From an uncultured delta proteobacterium (GTDB lineage: Bacteria > Myxococcota > Myxococcia > Myxococcales > Anaeromyxobacteraceae), in assembly GCA_963828255.1 (NCBI GenBank), contig CAWHDZ010000014.1:1-59323 (forward strand): a DNA stretch of 59,323 bases. The letters are read 5' to 3'. Position 1 is the first letter of the stretch; the number at the start of each line of letters is the position of its first letter. Under the pieces are notes generated by a model. The model saw only the letters and a list, made by a program, of their open reading frames with translations. It ran no database searches and had not been told where the DNA came from. Of the stretch, positions 28,680-39,917 are shown one piece after another. The position numbers were made by a program, and so were the translations under genes.

Positions 28680-31600
28680 ATGTTCGGCGAGGCCCTCGTC
28701 CCAGGACTGGGAGTCGCACCCGCCCCGTTCCGGGCCGCGGACGCCCCGGAGCGGCTCGTCCGCCTGGGACGCCGCCTGGGCGGGGCCACCGCCGAGGTCG
28801 TGGAGCTCTGCCGGCTGGCGCCCGACCCCGACCGGGCGCTCTCCGGGGTGGAGCGCTTCCTCGACGTCGCCGAGCTTCCCCGTGGGAGCGACCTGGTCGA
28901 GGCGCTGGTGCTGCTCACCGGGTCGTCGCGGCTGGCCACCTCGGCGCTGGCGCGCGACCCCGGGCTCCTGCGCCGCGCGGCCCGCTCGCCCTGGGTGCGG
29001 CGGGAGCGCCCGGAGGCGTCCATGCGGGGGGTCCTCGCCCGCGCCGCCCGGCGGCTCGACCCCGAGGACGTGGACGGGCTGCACCGGCTGCTGCGCCGCT
29101 TCTCCGCCCGCGAGATCGTCCGGATCGCGCTGCGCGACCTGCAGCGGGCCCGCGTGGACGAGGTCACCGGCGCGCTCTCGTCGCTCGCCACCTCGGCCCT
29201 CCAGACCGCCATCGCCTTCCACGACCGTCGCCTGCGGGCGCGTCACGGGCCGCCCGAGGGGCTCGCGGATCACCCCCCCGGGCAGGCTTCTGCGCCATCG
29301 CCATGGGCAAGCTGGGGGCCCGCGAGCTCAACTTCTCGTCGGACATCGACCTCATCTACGTCTACGGGCCGGACGGCACGACCACCGGGGAGCGCCCCCT
29401 CACCCACTTCGCCTACTACGCGAAGCTGGCCGAGCTGGTCACCGAGAGCCTCTCCCGGGTCACCGAGGACGGGATGGTCTTCCGGGTCGACCTGAACCTC
29501 CGCCCCGACGGGCGCAGCGGACCCATCGTGAACAGCCTCCGGGCCGCCGAGCTTTACTACCAGTCCTTCGGACGGTCCTGGGAGCGCAACGCGCTCGTGA
29601 AGGCCCGCCCCGGAGCCGGGGACCTGGCGGTGGGCGACGAGCTCCTCTCCCAGCTCGAGCCGTTCATCTGGCGCCGCTCGCTCGACCTGGGGATCATCGA
29701 GGAGATCCAGGCCATGAAGGCCCGCATCGACGCCCGCGCCGGCGCCGAGGGCAAGGACGACCTCAAGCTCGGCAGGGGCGGCATCCGCGAGGCCGAGTTC
29801 TTCGTCTCGGCGCTCCAGCTCCTCAACGGGGGCAAGCTGCGCGACCCGGGGATCCGGGAGCGGGCCGTGCTCCGCGCCCTCGACCGCCTGCTCTTCGCCG
29901 GCATCGTGCAGGCCCGCGACCGCGACGCCATCTCCGACGCCTACCTCTTCCTGCGGCGGGCCGAGCACCGCGTCCAGATGGTGGACGGCCGCCAGACCCA
30001 CCGGCTCCCCCCTCCCGAGGAGCGGCTCGGGCTGGCCCGCTCCATGGGCTACGCCGACGTGGAGAAGTTCGAGGCCGCCCTGGCCGGCCACCGCGACCGG
30101 GTGTCCGCGCTCTTCGCCGGGCTCCTCGGCACCCCCGCCGGCTCGGCGCCGCTCGACCCGGAACTGGCGCTGCTCGCCGACCAGCAGGTGGAACCGGAGC
30201 GCCGCAGGGAGATCGCGGCGCGGCGCGGGTTCGACAACCCGGAGCACGCGGTGGCCGCGCTCGATGCACTGGCCCGGCGCGAGACCCCCTTCTCCCGCAT
30301 GGGGGACCCGGCCGCCGCCGTGGCGCTCCTCGTGGAGGTGGTGGCCACGCCCGACCCCGGCCAGGCCATCGCCCACCTCTCCGAGTTCGCCGCGGCCCTC
30401 AAGTCCCCCGAGCCCTACTTCAAGCTCCTGCGCGACGCGCCGCGGGTCGCGCGCCAGCTGGTCTCGCTCTTCGGCACCTCCGACTTCCTGTCCAAGCGTT
30501 TCCTGCGCCACCCCGAGCTGGTGGACCAGCTCCTGCGGGACGACCAGGTGGTCCTGGAGAAGGACCTGGCCACCTTCCGCGACGAGATCGCCGCCCGGCT
30601 CGCCACCGTTCCCCCCGAGACCCCCGTCGACGAGGCCATGGAGCGGAAGCTCGCCGAGCTGCGCCGCGTGAAGAACGAGGAGGTGCTGCGCATCGCCATG
30701 CACGACATCGCGGGCAGCATCCCGCTCTCGAGCGTGGCCGAGCAGCTCTCCGACCTGGCCGAGGCGCTGCTCGGGGCGGCGCTCGGCCTCGCCGAGGAGG
30801 AGGCCCGGGCCAAGGGGCGGATGCCCCCGGGCCGGCTCACCGTGATGGCCCTCGGGAAGCTGGGCGGCCGGGAACTCGGCTACCACTCCGACCTCGACCT
30901 CATCTTCCTCTACCCGGCCACCGAGCCGGGCGTGGTCGACGCCCCCGGGCAGACCCCGGCCCACATCCTCCACGCCCGCCTGGCCGAGCGCTTCCTCTCC
31001 TTCCTCCAGATGCCCCTGCGCGAGGGGTTGCTCTACAAGATCGACACCCGGCTGCGCCCCTCCGGCAACCAGGGAGCCCTGGTCACGAGCGATCAGGGCT
31101 TCGCGCGCTACCACCTGGCCCAGGCCGGGAGCCCCCAGACCCGCAGCCAGCTCTGGGAGCGGCAGGCGCTCCTGCGGGCCAGGCTCGCCGCCGGGGACGA
31201 GCCCCTCTACGCGCGCATCCGCCGCGACGTCCTCGACCCGGTGCTCTTCGGCGCCCCGGGCGACGACGCCTCCCGGTCGGCGCTCGCCGGCGAGGTCCGC
31301 CGCATGCGGGAGCGGATGGAGAGCGAGATCGGCAAGGAGGCCACCCGGGGGAAGAATCCCAAGGTGGGCCGGGGCGGCATCGTGGACATCGAGTTCGCCG
31401 TCCAGTACCTGCAGCTGGCCCACGGCCACGACCACCCGGCCATCCGCACCCCGTCCACGCCGGCGGCGCTGCGCCGGCTCCGCGAGGCGGGGCTCCTCTC
31501 CGACGCCGACCACGCCGCGCTCTCCGAGGGCTACGAGTTCCACCGGCGGCTGGCCACGCGGATGCGCATCGTCCACGACTACGGGATCGACTACCTCCCG

Positions 31601-31738
31601 ACCGAGGGGAATGCGCTGGCCCAGCTGGCCCGGCGGCTCGGGTACCACGGCGAGGACCCTGGGGCGCGGCTGCTGGCCCGGTACACCCGGGTCACCGGCG
31701 CCGTGCGGGCCGCCTTCGAGCACGTCATGGCTTCGTAG
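28680..31738 (+). CDS. glnE: Bifunctional glutamine synthetase adenylyltransferase/removase, frameshifted near 29273-29282
   Basis: Two MGKLG.RELN/GYxSDxDL nucleotidyltransferase domains and RLRPxG motifs. The N-terminal ~200 aa are in a different frame from the rest. Confidence 0.92.
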
Positions 31739-31771
31739 TATCCTGGGCGTTCGCCCCGGAGATGCCCCGCC

Positions 31772-32863
31772 ATGGACATCCGATACCAGCTCAAGCCGCG
31801 CTCGGCGCGCCGCCAGGAGCCCTTCCTCCCGGACGGGCCGCTTCCCTTCGGCCAGCTTCGCACCGACCACATGTTCCTCATGGACTACGAGGACGGCCGG
31901 TGGATCGACCCGCGCATCGTGCCCTACGGCCCGCTCGCGCTGGCCCCCGGCGCGGTGGCCCTCCACTACGCGCAGGAGATCTTCGAGGGCGCCAAGGCCT
32001 TCCTGCACGAGGACGGGGAGATCCACGCCTTCCGGATCGACAGGAACGCCGCCCGGCTGAACCGGTCCGGGGCCGGGGTGCTCATCCCGCCCATCCCCGA
32101 GGACGACCAGGTCCACGCCATCCTCTCGCTGCTCGACGTGGACCGGCTCTGGGCCCCGCACCAGGAGGGGGCATCCCTCTACATCCGCCCCTTCGTCTTC
32201 GGCACCCAGGATTCACTTGGAGTGAAGCCAAGCTCCCGCTACACCTTCTGCGTCTTCCTCTCGCCGAGCGGCCCCTACTACCCGGCCGGCTTCCGCGAGC
32301 CGGTGAAGCTCCTCGTCACCCGCCGCTTCCACCGCGCCGCGCCCGGCGGCACCGGCGCCTTCAAGACCGGCGGGAACTACGCGGCCTCGCTCATGGCGGG
32401 CCACGTGGCCCACGAGCACGGCGCCAGCCAGGTCCTCTTCCTCGACGTGTCCGACAGGTACATCGAGGAGGCCGGGGCCATGAACCACTTCCACGTCACC
32501 CGCTCGGGCGAGCTCCTCATCCCGACGTTCACCGAGACCATCCTGCGGTCCATCACCTCCGAGTCGGTGCTGGAACTCGGGGAGCGCCACCTGGGCGTGA
32601 GGGTGAGGCAGGACCGCATCCCCGTGGAGCAGTTCCTGGACGACGTCCGGTCGGGGGCCATCACCGAGGCCGGCGGCTTCGGGACCGCTGCGGTGGTCTC
32701 GGCGGTGGGGAGCTACGTGTTCGACGACGCCACCGAGCTCCGGGTCGGCGACGGCCACATCGGCCCGCACACCCGCAAGGTCTACGAGGTCCTCACCGGG
32801 ATCCAGCGCGGCATGCGCCCGGCGCCGGAGGGGTGGCTCTTCCTGGCGAAGCGGCTCGAATAG
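31772..32863 (+). CDS. ilvE: Branched-chain amino acid aminotransferase
   Basis: TDHMF, LHYAQEIFEGAKAF, LYIRPF, KTGGNYAASL, EEAGAMN and GTAAVVS motifs. Confidence 0.95.
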   Translation: MDIRYQLKPRSARRQEPFLPDGPLPFGQLRTDHMFLMDYEDGRWIDPRIVPYGPLALAPGAVALHYAQEIFEGAKAFLHEDGEIHAFRIDRNAARLNRSGAGVLIPPIPEDDQVHAILSLLDVDRLWAPHQEGASLYIRPFVFGTQDSLGVKPSSRYTFCVFLSPSGPYYPAGFREPVKLLVTRRFHRAAPGGTGAFKTGGNYAASLMAGHVAHEHGASQVLFLDVSDRYIEEAGAMNHFHVTRSGELLIPTFTETILRSITSESVLELGERHLGVRVRQDRIPVEQFLDDVRSGAITEAGGFGTAAVVSAVGSYVFDDATELRVGDGHIGPHTRKVYEVLTGIQRGMRPAPEGWLFLAKRLE

Positions 32864-33020
32864 CCCAGGCCACCACCTGCGGCGTGTGGTCGCACCCCGG
32901 GAATAGCCGGGGCCGTGGCGCGTTCGCCCTTGCGACGGTCAATCGCCCCGTTAGATCCAATGGGGCGACCTGGCCCGATTCTTTGTCTGTTTATCAATAC
33001 TTGAGCGGAGTCAATCCGAG

Positions 33021-33791
33021 ATGCGTACCCGTTACCTCGACCTCGACGATCGCACCCAGGACCTCAACGAGAGAATGCGGGAAGATACCGATCTCGCTGA
33101 TGATTTTTTGAAAAAGTACGAACTTTCCTGGATGTACCACGAGAACGCCCTCGAAGGGGTCATCTACACCGTCCAGGAACTGGTGGTCGGCCTCGCCACG
33201 CCGCAGCCGGTCGCGGACGCCATGGTCATCGGGGTCCTCCAGGAGGTCCGGAACCACAAGGCGGCCATCGACCTGGTCCGTTCCGAGGCCGGAGCCAAGA
33301 AGGTCAAGGTCACGCCGGCTCTCGTGAAGAAGATCCACGAGACCCTCTACAAGGGCATCCAGAGCAAGGGGCCGTCCGAGTTCCGCAAGGAGATGCCCCT
33401 CCACCGCGCCTACTTCCACGAGATCGCCCAGCCTCCCCGGATCGCGCCGCTGCTCACCAAGGTGCTCGACGTCACCGACACGGCCGACTTCCGCAAGGCG
33501 CACCCCGTGGTCCAGGCGGCGCGCCTCCAGCACGGGTTCATGCAGGTCTACCCCTACACCGACGGCTCGGGCAAGATGGCGCGACTGCTGGCGAATCTGT
33601 ACCTGATCCGCGGCGGGTTCCTGCCTTGCGTCATCCACTCGATCGACCGGCAGCGCTACTACGACTCCTTCAAGATGCCCGAGGCCGTCCTGCGCGACCT
33701 CATGATCGAGGCCATGGACAACGCCCTCGGTCACGCCGAGAAGCACTTCGCCGAGGCCACCCCGGCCCGGGCGCGCCGCTCGGCCCGGTAG
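33021..33791 (+). CDS. Fic/Doc family protein with degenerate catalytic motif
   Basis: YHENALEG inhibitory-helix-like motif; VYPYTDGSGKMARL in place of HPFxDGNGRxxR. Confidence 0.88.
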   Translation: MRTRYLDLDDRTQDLNERMREDTDLADDFLKKYELSWMYHENALEGVIYTVQELVVGLATPQPVADAMVIGVLQEVRNHKAAIDLVRSEAGAKKVKVTPALVKKIHETLYKGIQSKGPSEFRKEMPLHRAYFHEIAQPPRIAPLLTKVLDVTDTADFRKAHPVVQAARLQHGFMQVYPYTDGSGKMARLLANLYLIRGGFLPCVIHSIDRQRYYDSFKMPEAVLRDLMIEAMDNALGHAEKHFAEATPARARRSAR

Positions 33792-33862
33792 CGGGCCCCC
33801 TCGCCCGGCGGCCCCGCTGCCCGTGGCGGCGGGGGTTCCGTTGGTGTATGAGGTGCCCCGCA

Positions 33863-34687
33863 ATGATCCTGGGCGCCCACGAGGGCATCGCTGGCGGGGT
33901 ATCCCGCGCGTTCGAGCGGGCTGAGCAGGACACCGCCCAGGCCATCCAGATCTTCGTCCGCAACCCCCGCGGCTGGGCCTCGAAGCCCATCGAGGACGAG
34001 GAGGTCGAGCGCTTCCGCGCCGAGGCCAAGCGGACCGGCATGACCTCGGCCGCCCACTCCATCTACCTCGCCAACCACGCCTCCGGAAACCCCGAGCTCC
34101 GGGAGAGGTCCTGGAGGGCGCTCGAGGACGAGCTCGGCCGCTGCGAGCAGCTCGGCATCCCCTTCCTGGTCTTCCACCCCGGCAGCAACGAGGACGTGGA
34201 CCAGGGGTTGAAGCTCGTGGCCGAGGGGGTGGAGCGCGCCCTCGACGGGGTGAAGGGGAAGGCCCGCCTCCTCGTCGAGATCACCGCCGGCCAGGGCAAG
34301 TCGCTGGGGTGGCGCTTCGAGCACGTCGCGGCCATCCGGGCGGCCATCCCGGGCGCGGCGCGGCGCCGGGTGGCGGTCTGCTTCGACACCTGCCACGCCT
34401 TCGCGGCCGGCTACGACCTCGGAAGCGAGGCCGGCTACGAGAGCACCTTCCGCGAGTTCGATCAGGTCATCGGCCTCGAGCACCTCTCGGCCTTCCACCT
34501 GAACGACTGCAAGAAGCCGCTCGGCTGCCGGGTGGACCGGCACGAGCACATCGGCGAGGGGTCGCTGGGGCGGGAGCCCTTCCGGCTCCTGGTGAACGAC
34601 CCCCGCTTCGCCACCCTTCCCGGGTTCCTGGAGACCGAGATGCGCTTCCGGGAGAACCTCGACGTGCTCCGGTCGCTGCGGCGATGA
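33863..34687 (+). CDS. nfo: Endonuclease IV
   Basis: LGAHE, HSIYLAN, FHPGS, EITAGQG, CFDTCHAFAAGYD and HLNDCK...DRHEHIG motifs. Confidence 0.95.
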   Translation: MILGAHEGIAGGVSRAFERAEQDTAQAIQIFVRNPRGWASKPIEDEEVERFRAEAKRTGMTSAAHSIYLANHASGNPELRERSWRALEDELGRCEQLGIPFLVFHPGSNEDVDQGLKLVAEGVERALDGVKGKARLLVEITAGQGKSLGWRFEHVAAIRAAIPGAARRRVAVCFDTCHAFAAGYDLGSEAGYESTFREFDQVIGLEHLSAFHLNDCKKPLGCRVDRHEHIGEGSLGREPFRLLVNDPRFATLPGFLETEMRFRENLDVLRSLRR

Positions 34688-35787
34688 CCCGCGAACAGGC
34701 CAGCCACCGGAGGCGCGCCCCCGGCGAGCGCACCCGGACGCGGGTCCGGCTGGGCGGGAGCTCGGCCAGCGAGGTCCGCCAGCGGCTCGACCGGCTCGTC
34801 GCCTTCGCGCGCGGCCACCGGCGGGCCCTGATCCTCACCCACGACAACCCGGATCCCGACTCGATCGCCTCCGGGGTGGCGCTGGCCTGGCTGCTCGAGC
34901 AGATGGCCGGGGTGGACGCCGTGGTGGCCTACGGCGGCATCGTGGGCCGGGCCGAGAACCGGGCCCTGGTGAAGATCCTGCGCCTCCCGGTCGTGCCGCT
35001 CGGGAGCGTGGCCTTCGGCGACTTCGACCTCATCGCCATGGTGGACACCCAGCCGGAGCAGGGCAACCACTCGCTGCCGGCGGCCCACTTCCCCGACGTG
35101 GTGATCGACCACCACCCGGAGCGGCCGGAGACCCGGCTCGCCGTGGTCACCGACGTGGGGCGCGACACCGGAGCCACCTCGACCGTGGTCACCGACTACC
35201 TGAGGGCCAGCGGCCTCGAGATCCCCCCCGCCATCGCCACCGCCCTGTTCTACGGGATCAAGTCGGACACCCGGGACCTGGAGCGGGAGACCACGGCGCC
35301 GGACATCGAGGCCTACCTCTGGCTCTTCCCCAAGGCCGACACCCAGGCGCTCTCGATGATCGAGCGGCCCCGGCTGCCCGAGGACTACTTCCGCCTGTTC
35401 CACACCGCGGTGGAGAAGGCCCGGCTCCACGGCGACGCGGTGATCTGCGACCTCGGCAGGGTCTACTACCCGGACCTGGTGGCCGAGGTGGCCGATCGCT
35501 TCCTCTCCATGGGCGACGTGAAGTGGTCGCTGGCCGTGGGGGAGTACCGCGGCAGCCTCTACTTCTCGGTGCGCACCCGCGACCGCCGGATGAACGCCGG
35601 CAAGATGGTCCGCGAGGTCATCGAGCCCGAGGGCGGGACCGCCGGAGGGCACGGGTCGATGGCCGGCGCGCGCCTCCCGTTGAAGGGCATGACCCCGGCG
35701 GTGCGGAGCCGCCTGCTGCGCCGGGTCTCCCGGTCGTTCCTGCGCGAGTTCGGCGTCGAGGGCTCCCGCGCGCGACGCCTGGTGTGA
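34684..35787 (+). CDS. DHH family phosphoesterase
   Basis: THDNPDPDS, IDHH, YGIKSDT and AGGHGSMAG motifs. Confidence 0.92.
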   Translation: MTREQASHRRRAPGERTRTRVRLGGSSASEVRQRLDRLVAFARGHRRALILTHDNPDPDSIASGVALAWLLEQMAGVDAVVAYGGIVGRAENRALVKILRLPVVPLGSVAFGDFDLIAMVDTQPEQGNHSLPAAHFPDVVIDHHPERPETRLAVVTDVGRDTGATSTVVTDYLRASGLEIPPAIATALFYGIKSDTRDLERETTAPDIEAYLWLFPKADTQALSMIERPRLPEDYFRLFHTAVEKARLHGDAVICDLGRVYYPDLVAEVADRFLSMGDVKWSLAVGEYRGSLYFSVRTRDRRMNAGKMVREVIEPEGGTAGGHGSMAGARLPLKGMTPAVRSRLLRRVSRSFLREFGVEGSRARRLV

Positions 35788-36926
35788 CCTACCTCGATCA
35801 CAACGCCATCACCCCCGTCCGGCCCGAGGCCGAGGAGGCCGTGCTCCGCGCGCTCCGCGCCTTCGGCAACCCTTCCTCGGTCCACGCGGCGGGGCGCGAG
35901 GCCCGGGCCATCCTCGACCTGGCGCGCGGGCGGGTGGCCGCGGCGCTGCACGTCCACCCCCGCGACCTGGTCTTCACCTCGGGTGCGACGGAGTCGGCCA
36001 TGCTGGCCATCCGCGGAGCGCTGGCGACGGCCCCGGCCGGGCGCACGGGCCTCGTCGTCACCGCCGTCGAGCACCCCTGCGTGCTCGACCTGGCGCGCGA
36101 ACTCTCCCGCGGTGGCACGCCGGTGCAGGTCGTCCCGGTGGACCGGCGCGGCGTCGTGGACCTGGAGGTCATGGGGAACGCGGTCGGTCCGGAGACCGCG
36201 CTCGTCTGCTGCATGCTCGCCAACAACGAGACCGGTGTCCTGCAGCCCGTCGCCGAGGCCGCCGACCTGGCCCACGCCGGAGGCGCCCTCCTCTTCTGCG
36301 ACGCGGTCCAGGCGGCCGGGAAGATCCCGGTGGACCTGCCGGCGCTGCGCGTGGACCTGGCGGCGTTCACCGCGCAGAAGTTCGGCGGCCCCCGCGGGGC
36401 CGGCGCCCTCTGGATCGCCCCGGGCATCCGGCTCGCGCCCGTCGCCGGCGGCCACCAGGAGAAGGGGCGCCGGGCCGGCACCGAGAACCTGCCCGGGGTG
36501 GCCGGCATGGCGGCCGCGCTCGAGGCGGCGGTGGCGGCGCTCCCGGTGGACGTGGATCGGGTGGGCCGCCTGCGCGACCGGCTGGAGTCCGGGCTCGTGG
36601 CCGCGCTGCCCGGCGCGCGGGTGAACGGCGCCGGGGCGGACCGGCTCCCCGGCACGCTCTCCGTCACCTTCCCCGGCTCGGACGGGGAGACCATGCTCAT
36701 GGCCCTCGACCTCGAGGGCATCTGCGCCAGCGCCGGCGCGGCCTGCACCTCCGGATCGACCACCCCCTCGCACGTGCTCTCGGCGATGGGACTCACGGTG
36801 GACGAGGCCCGGGCCACGCTGCGCCTCTCGCTGGGGTGGAGCAGCACCGACGACGACGTGGACCATGCGCTGCGCGTCCTGCCCGGGATCGTGGAAGGGG
36901 TCCGGGCGGCGCTCTCGGCGCCCTGA
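35784..36926 (+). CDS. Cysteine desulfurase (IscS/NifS type)
   Basis: YLDHNAITP, GNPSSVH, ANNETG, DAVQAAGK, AQKFGGPRG and SAGAACTSG motifs. Confidence 0.93.
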   Translation: MTYLDHNAITPVRPEAEEAVLRALRAFGNPSSVHAAGREARAILDLARGRVAAALHVHPRDLVFTSGATESAMLAIRGALATAPAGRTGLVVTAVEHPCVLDLARELSRGGTPVQVVPVDRRGVVDLEVMGNAVGPETALVCCMLANNETGVLQPVAEAADLAHAGGALLFCDAVQAAGKIPVDLPALRVDLAAFTAQKFGGPRGAGALWIAPGIRLAPVAGGHQEKGRRAGTENLPGVAGMAAALEAAVAALPVDVDRVGRLRDRLESGLVAALPGARVNGAGADRLPGTLSVTFPGSDGETMLMALDLEGICASAGAACTSGSTTPSHVLSAMGLTVDEARATLRLSLGWSSTDDDVDHALRVLPGIVEGVRAALSAP

Positions 36927-36939
36927 TCGACGCAATCGC

Positions 36940-36968
36940 TTGACAGGGGCCCCGGTGGCTCCTACGAT
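36940..36968 (+). promoter_or_regulatory. Sigma70-type promoter upstream of 6S RNA
   Basis: TTGACA (36940-45), 17 bp spacer, TACGAT (36963-68). Confidence 0.75.
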
Positions 36969-37026
36969 CCAGTCATCAAACTTCTCGTGATTTCGAGAGG
37001 TTATTGCTCTTTCACTGCCTCGATCT

Positions 37027-37212
37027 GCCCCCTGCTGGGTTCGCGATTGGCTTCGCGTCGTTTGGGCCGACTCAGAACAAAGAGGAGCACCTGGCATCGT
37101 TCATGTGCAAGCTCCCACGCTGCAAGGGAGAAGCCTACGCGCGGTGCCTCGACGTGCCCCACCTGTAGCAATACAGGTCCAAGCAACCGAGCCACACGGC
37201 CTGTGCGGGGGG
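37027..37212 (+). ncRNA. ssrS: 6S RNA
   Basis: About 185 nt of lower-GC intergenic sequence with pairing ends CCCCCTGC/GCGGGGGG and an internal CCTGTA-GCAA-TACAGG hairpin, followed by a T-tract. It sits immediately upstream of ygfA, the conserved ssrS-ygfA arrangement. Confidence 0.8.
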
Positions 37213-37223
37213 TTTTTTCTTTC

Positions 37224-37850
37224 GTGTCCACGACCTCCGCCAGCGCCGGCAAGCGCGCCCTCCGGGAGCGGCTCATCGCCGTCCGGTCCGGGCTGCCCCC
37301 CGCCGTCCGCGAGGCCGCCTCCCGGGCCATCGCGGCCCGCGTCGCCGCCCTCCCTGCCTGGCGCCGCGCCCGGACCGTCGCGCTCCATTCACCCCTGGGG
37401 GCCGAGGTGGACACCGCCGAGCTCGTCCGGCTTGCGGAGGGCGCCGGCAAGCGGATCGCCTGGCCCCGCATCGCCTCCCCCGGACCCGCCCTGGAGTTCG
37501 CCTGCTGCACCGCCGGCGAGCTCGTCCCCGGCCCGGCCCGGGCGCTCGAGCCGCCTCGTTCCGCCCCGTCCCTCCCCCTCGACGCCATCGACCTCTTCGT
37601 CGTCCCCGGCGTGGCCTTCGACGCCCGTGGTGGGCGGCTGGGGCGCGGGCGCGGCCACTACGACGCCACCTTGGTCCTGCTCCGGCCGGGCGCGGTGCGC
37701 GTGGGGCTGGCCTTCGAGGAGCAGGTGGTGGACCAGGTCCCCACGGAGCCCCACGACGTCCCGCTCGACGCGGTGGTGACCGGATTGCGCGTGCTCGCGC
37801 CGGGCGTGGACCGGGCCACGGACCCGGTTGACACGGTGCCGGACGCGTGA
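37224..37850 (+). CDS. ygfA: 5-formyltetrahydrofolate cyclo-ligase
   Basis: KRALRERL, VPGVAFDARGGRLGRGRGHYD and EPHDVPLD motifs; GTG start. Confidence 0.93.
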   Translation: MSTTSASAGKRALRERLIAVRSGLPPAVREAASRAIAARVAALPAWRRARTVALHSPLGAEVDTAELVRLAEGAGKRIAWPRIASPGPALEFACCTAGELVPGPARALEPPRSAPSLPLDAIDLFVVPGVAFDARGGRLGRGRGHYDATLVLLRPGAVRVGLAFEEQVVDQVPTEPHDVPLDAVVTGLRVLAPGVDRATDPVDTVPDA

Positions 37851-37866
37851 GCGAGATCCCGCCCCC

Positions 37867-38661
37867 TTGAAACTCCTCTTCCTCGGCGACGTCTTCGGAA
37901 AGCCCGGCCGCACGGCCGTGAAGCGGCTCGTGCCGCGCCTCATCACCCGCCACGGCGTGGACCTGGTCGTCGCCAACGCCGAGAACGCCGCCAACGGCGT
38001 GGGGGTGAACCCCGAGACGGCCGACGAGCTGCTCGCCGCCGAGGTCGATCTATTGACCAGCGGGAACCACATCTGGTCGAAGCGGGACATCGTGCCCTAC
38101 CTCGAGGCCAAGGGCGCGAAGCTGCTTCGGCCCGCCAACTACCCGCAGGGCGCGCCGGGGCGCGGCCACGCCGTCATCGAGACCCCCGACGGGCGCAAGC
38201 TCGGGGTGCTCAACCTCGAGGGGCGGGTCTTCATGAAGGACCTCGACGACCCCTTCCGCGCCGCCGACCGGCTGGTGGCCGAGCTCGAGTCCCAGGGGTG
38301 CACCTGCATCCTCGTGGACATGCACTGCGACGCCACCAGCGAGAAGAACGCCATGGGCTGGTACCTCGACGGCCGCGTCTCGGCGGTGCTGGGGACCCAC
38401 ACCCACGTGCAGACCGCCGACGCCCGCATCCTCTCCGGGGGGACCGCCTTCATCACCGACGTGGGCATGTGCGGCCCCTGGGACTCGGTCATCGGCGTGA
38501 AGAAGGAGCTCGTGCTCGAGCGCTTCCTCTCGCAGCGCCCGGTCCAGTTCGAGCCGGCCAAGCGCGACGTCTGGCTGCAGGGGGCGCTCGTGGACATCGA
38601 CGACGCGACCGGCAAGGCCCGCTCCATCGAGCGGGTCCAGGAGAAGGACGAGGAGCAGTGA
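37867..38661 (+). CDS. YmdB/TIGR00282 family metallophosphoesterase
   Basis: [42 protein letters not shown] and TDVGMCG motifs; TTG start. Confidence 0.93.
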   Translation: MKLLFLGDVFGKPGRTAVKRLVPRLITRHGVDLVVANAENAANGVGVNPETADELLAAEVDLLTSGNHIWSKRDIVPYLEAKGAKLLRPANYPQGAPGRGHAVIETPDGRKLGVLNLEGRVFMKDLDDPFRAADRLVAELESQGCTCILVDMHCDATSEKNAMGWYLDGRVSAVLGTHTHVQTADARILSGGTAFITDVGMCGPWDSVIGVKKELVLERFLSQRPVQFEPAKRDVWLQGALVDIDDATGKARSIERVQEKDEEQ

Positions 38662-38663
38662 CG

Positions 38664-39917
38664 ATGCCACAGGGAGACCCCAGGCTGCGCAGCGCCACCC
38701 CCGACGAGCAGTTCCGCGAGGTCACCCGCGGGATGGTGGACCTGCACGTGGAGAAGGAGCTCCGGGAGAGGCTCCAGAAGGCCCACGACACCGGGATTCC
38801 GCTCCGGGTGAAGGCGGGCTTCGACCCCACCGCGCCCGACCTGCACCTCGGCCACACCGTGCTCATCTCCCGGATGCGCCGGTTCCAGCAGTTCGGCCAC
38901 ACCGTCATCTTCCTCATCGGCGACTTCACCGGGATGATCGGCGACCCCACCGGAAGGAACGCCACCCGGCCGCCGCTGACCCGCGAGCAGATCCTCGGGA
39001 ACGCCGAGACCTACAAGAAGCAGGTCTTCAAGATCCTCGACCCGGCCGTGACCGAGGTCCGCTTCAACTCCGAGTGGCTCGGCCCCATGACCTTCGCCGA
39101 CGTGGTGCGGCTGGCCAGCCGGCACACCGTGGCGCGCATGCTGGAGCGCGACGACTTCAAGAAGCGCTACACCGGCAACACGCCCATCTCCATCCACGAG
39201 TTCCTCTACCCGCTCGCGCAGGGCTACGATTCGGTGGCCTTGAAGTGCGACATCGAACTCGGCTCGTCCGACCAGCTCTTCAACCTGCTGGTGGGGCGCG
39301 CCCTCATGAACCAGTACGGGCTCGTGCCGCAGATCGTGCTCACCGGCCCCATCCTGGAGGGGCTCGACGCGAAGCTCGACCCGGCCACCGGGAAGATCGA
39401 CGGCGACAAGATGTCGAAGTCGCTGGGCAACTACGTGGGCGTGGCCGAGGCTCCCGAGGAGCAGTTCGGCAAGCTCATGTCGGTCACGGACGACCTCATG
39501 TGGCGCTACTACGAGCTCCTGTCGGCGCGGACCAGCCTGGAGATCGCCGCGCTGCGGGCCGGACACCCCAAGGCCGCCAAGGTGGCGCTGGCCATGGAGA
39601 TCGTGGAGCGCTTCCACGGCGCGGAGGCGGCGCGCGGCGCCGAGCAGCACTTCGAGCAGGTCCACGGCCGGCGGGAGACGCCGGAGGACGTGGCCGAGGT
39701 GGCGCTGTCGCTGGGCGGGCAGGCGACCCTGCCGCTCGTGGCGGCGCTGGCCGACGCGAAGCTGGCGTCGTCCCGGAGCGAGGCCCGGCGGCTGGTGGCG
39801 CAGGGCGGGGTCACCGTGAACGGGGAGCGGGCCAGCGACCCGCAGGCGCCGCTCGCCGCGGGCGAGTACCTGGTCAAGGTGGGCAAGCGCCACTTCGCGA
39901 AGCTTCGTCTTCGCTAG
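38664..39917 (+). CDS. tyrS: Tyrosine--tRNA ligase
   Basis: [27 protein letters not shown] and a C-terminal S4 domain. Confidence 0.97.
   Translation: MPQGDPRLRSATPDEQFREVTRGMVDLHVEKELRERLQKAHDTGIPLRVKAGFDPTAPDLHLGHTVLISRMRRFQQFGHTVIFLIGDFTGMIGDPTGRNATRPPLTREQILGNAETYKKQVFKILDPAVTEVRFNSEWLGPMTFADVVRLASRHTVARMLERDDFKKRYTGNTPISIHEFLYPLAQGYDSVALKCDIELGSSDQLFNLLVGRALMNQYGLVPQIVLTGPILEGLDAKLDPATGKIDGDKMSKSLGNYVGVAEAPEEQFGKLMSVTDDLMWRYYELLSARTSLEIAALRAGHPKAAKVALAMEIVERFHGAEAARGAEQHFEQVHGRRETPEDVAEVALSLGGQATLPLVAALADAKLASSRSEARRLVAQGGVTVNGERASDPQAPLAAGEYLVKVGKRHFAKLRLR

Noticed and set aside
32970..32990. Possible sigma54 promoter (TGGCCCG...TTTG) upstream of fic
   Set aside because: The -12 GC is absent at the required spacing.
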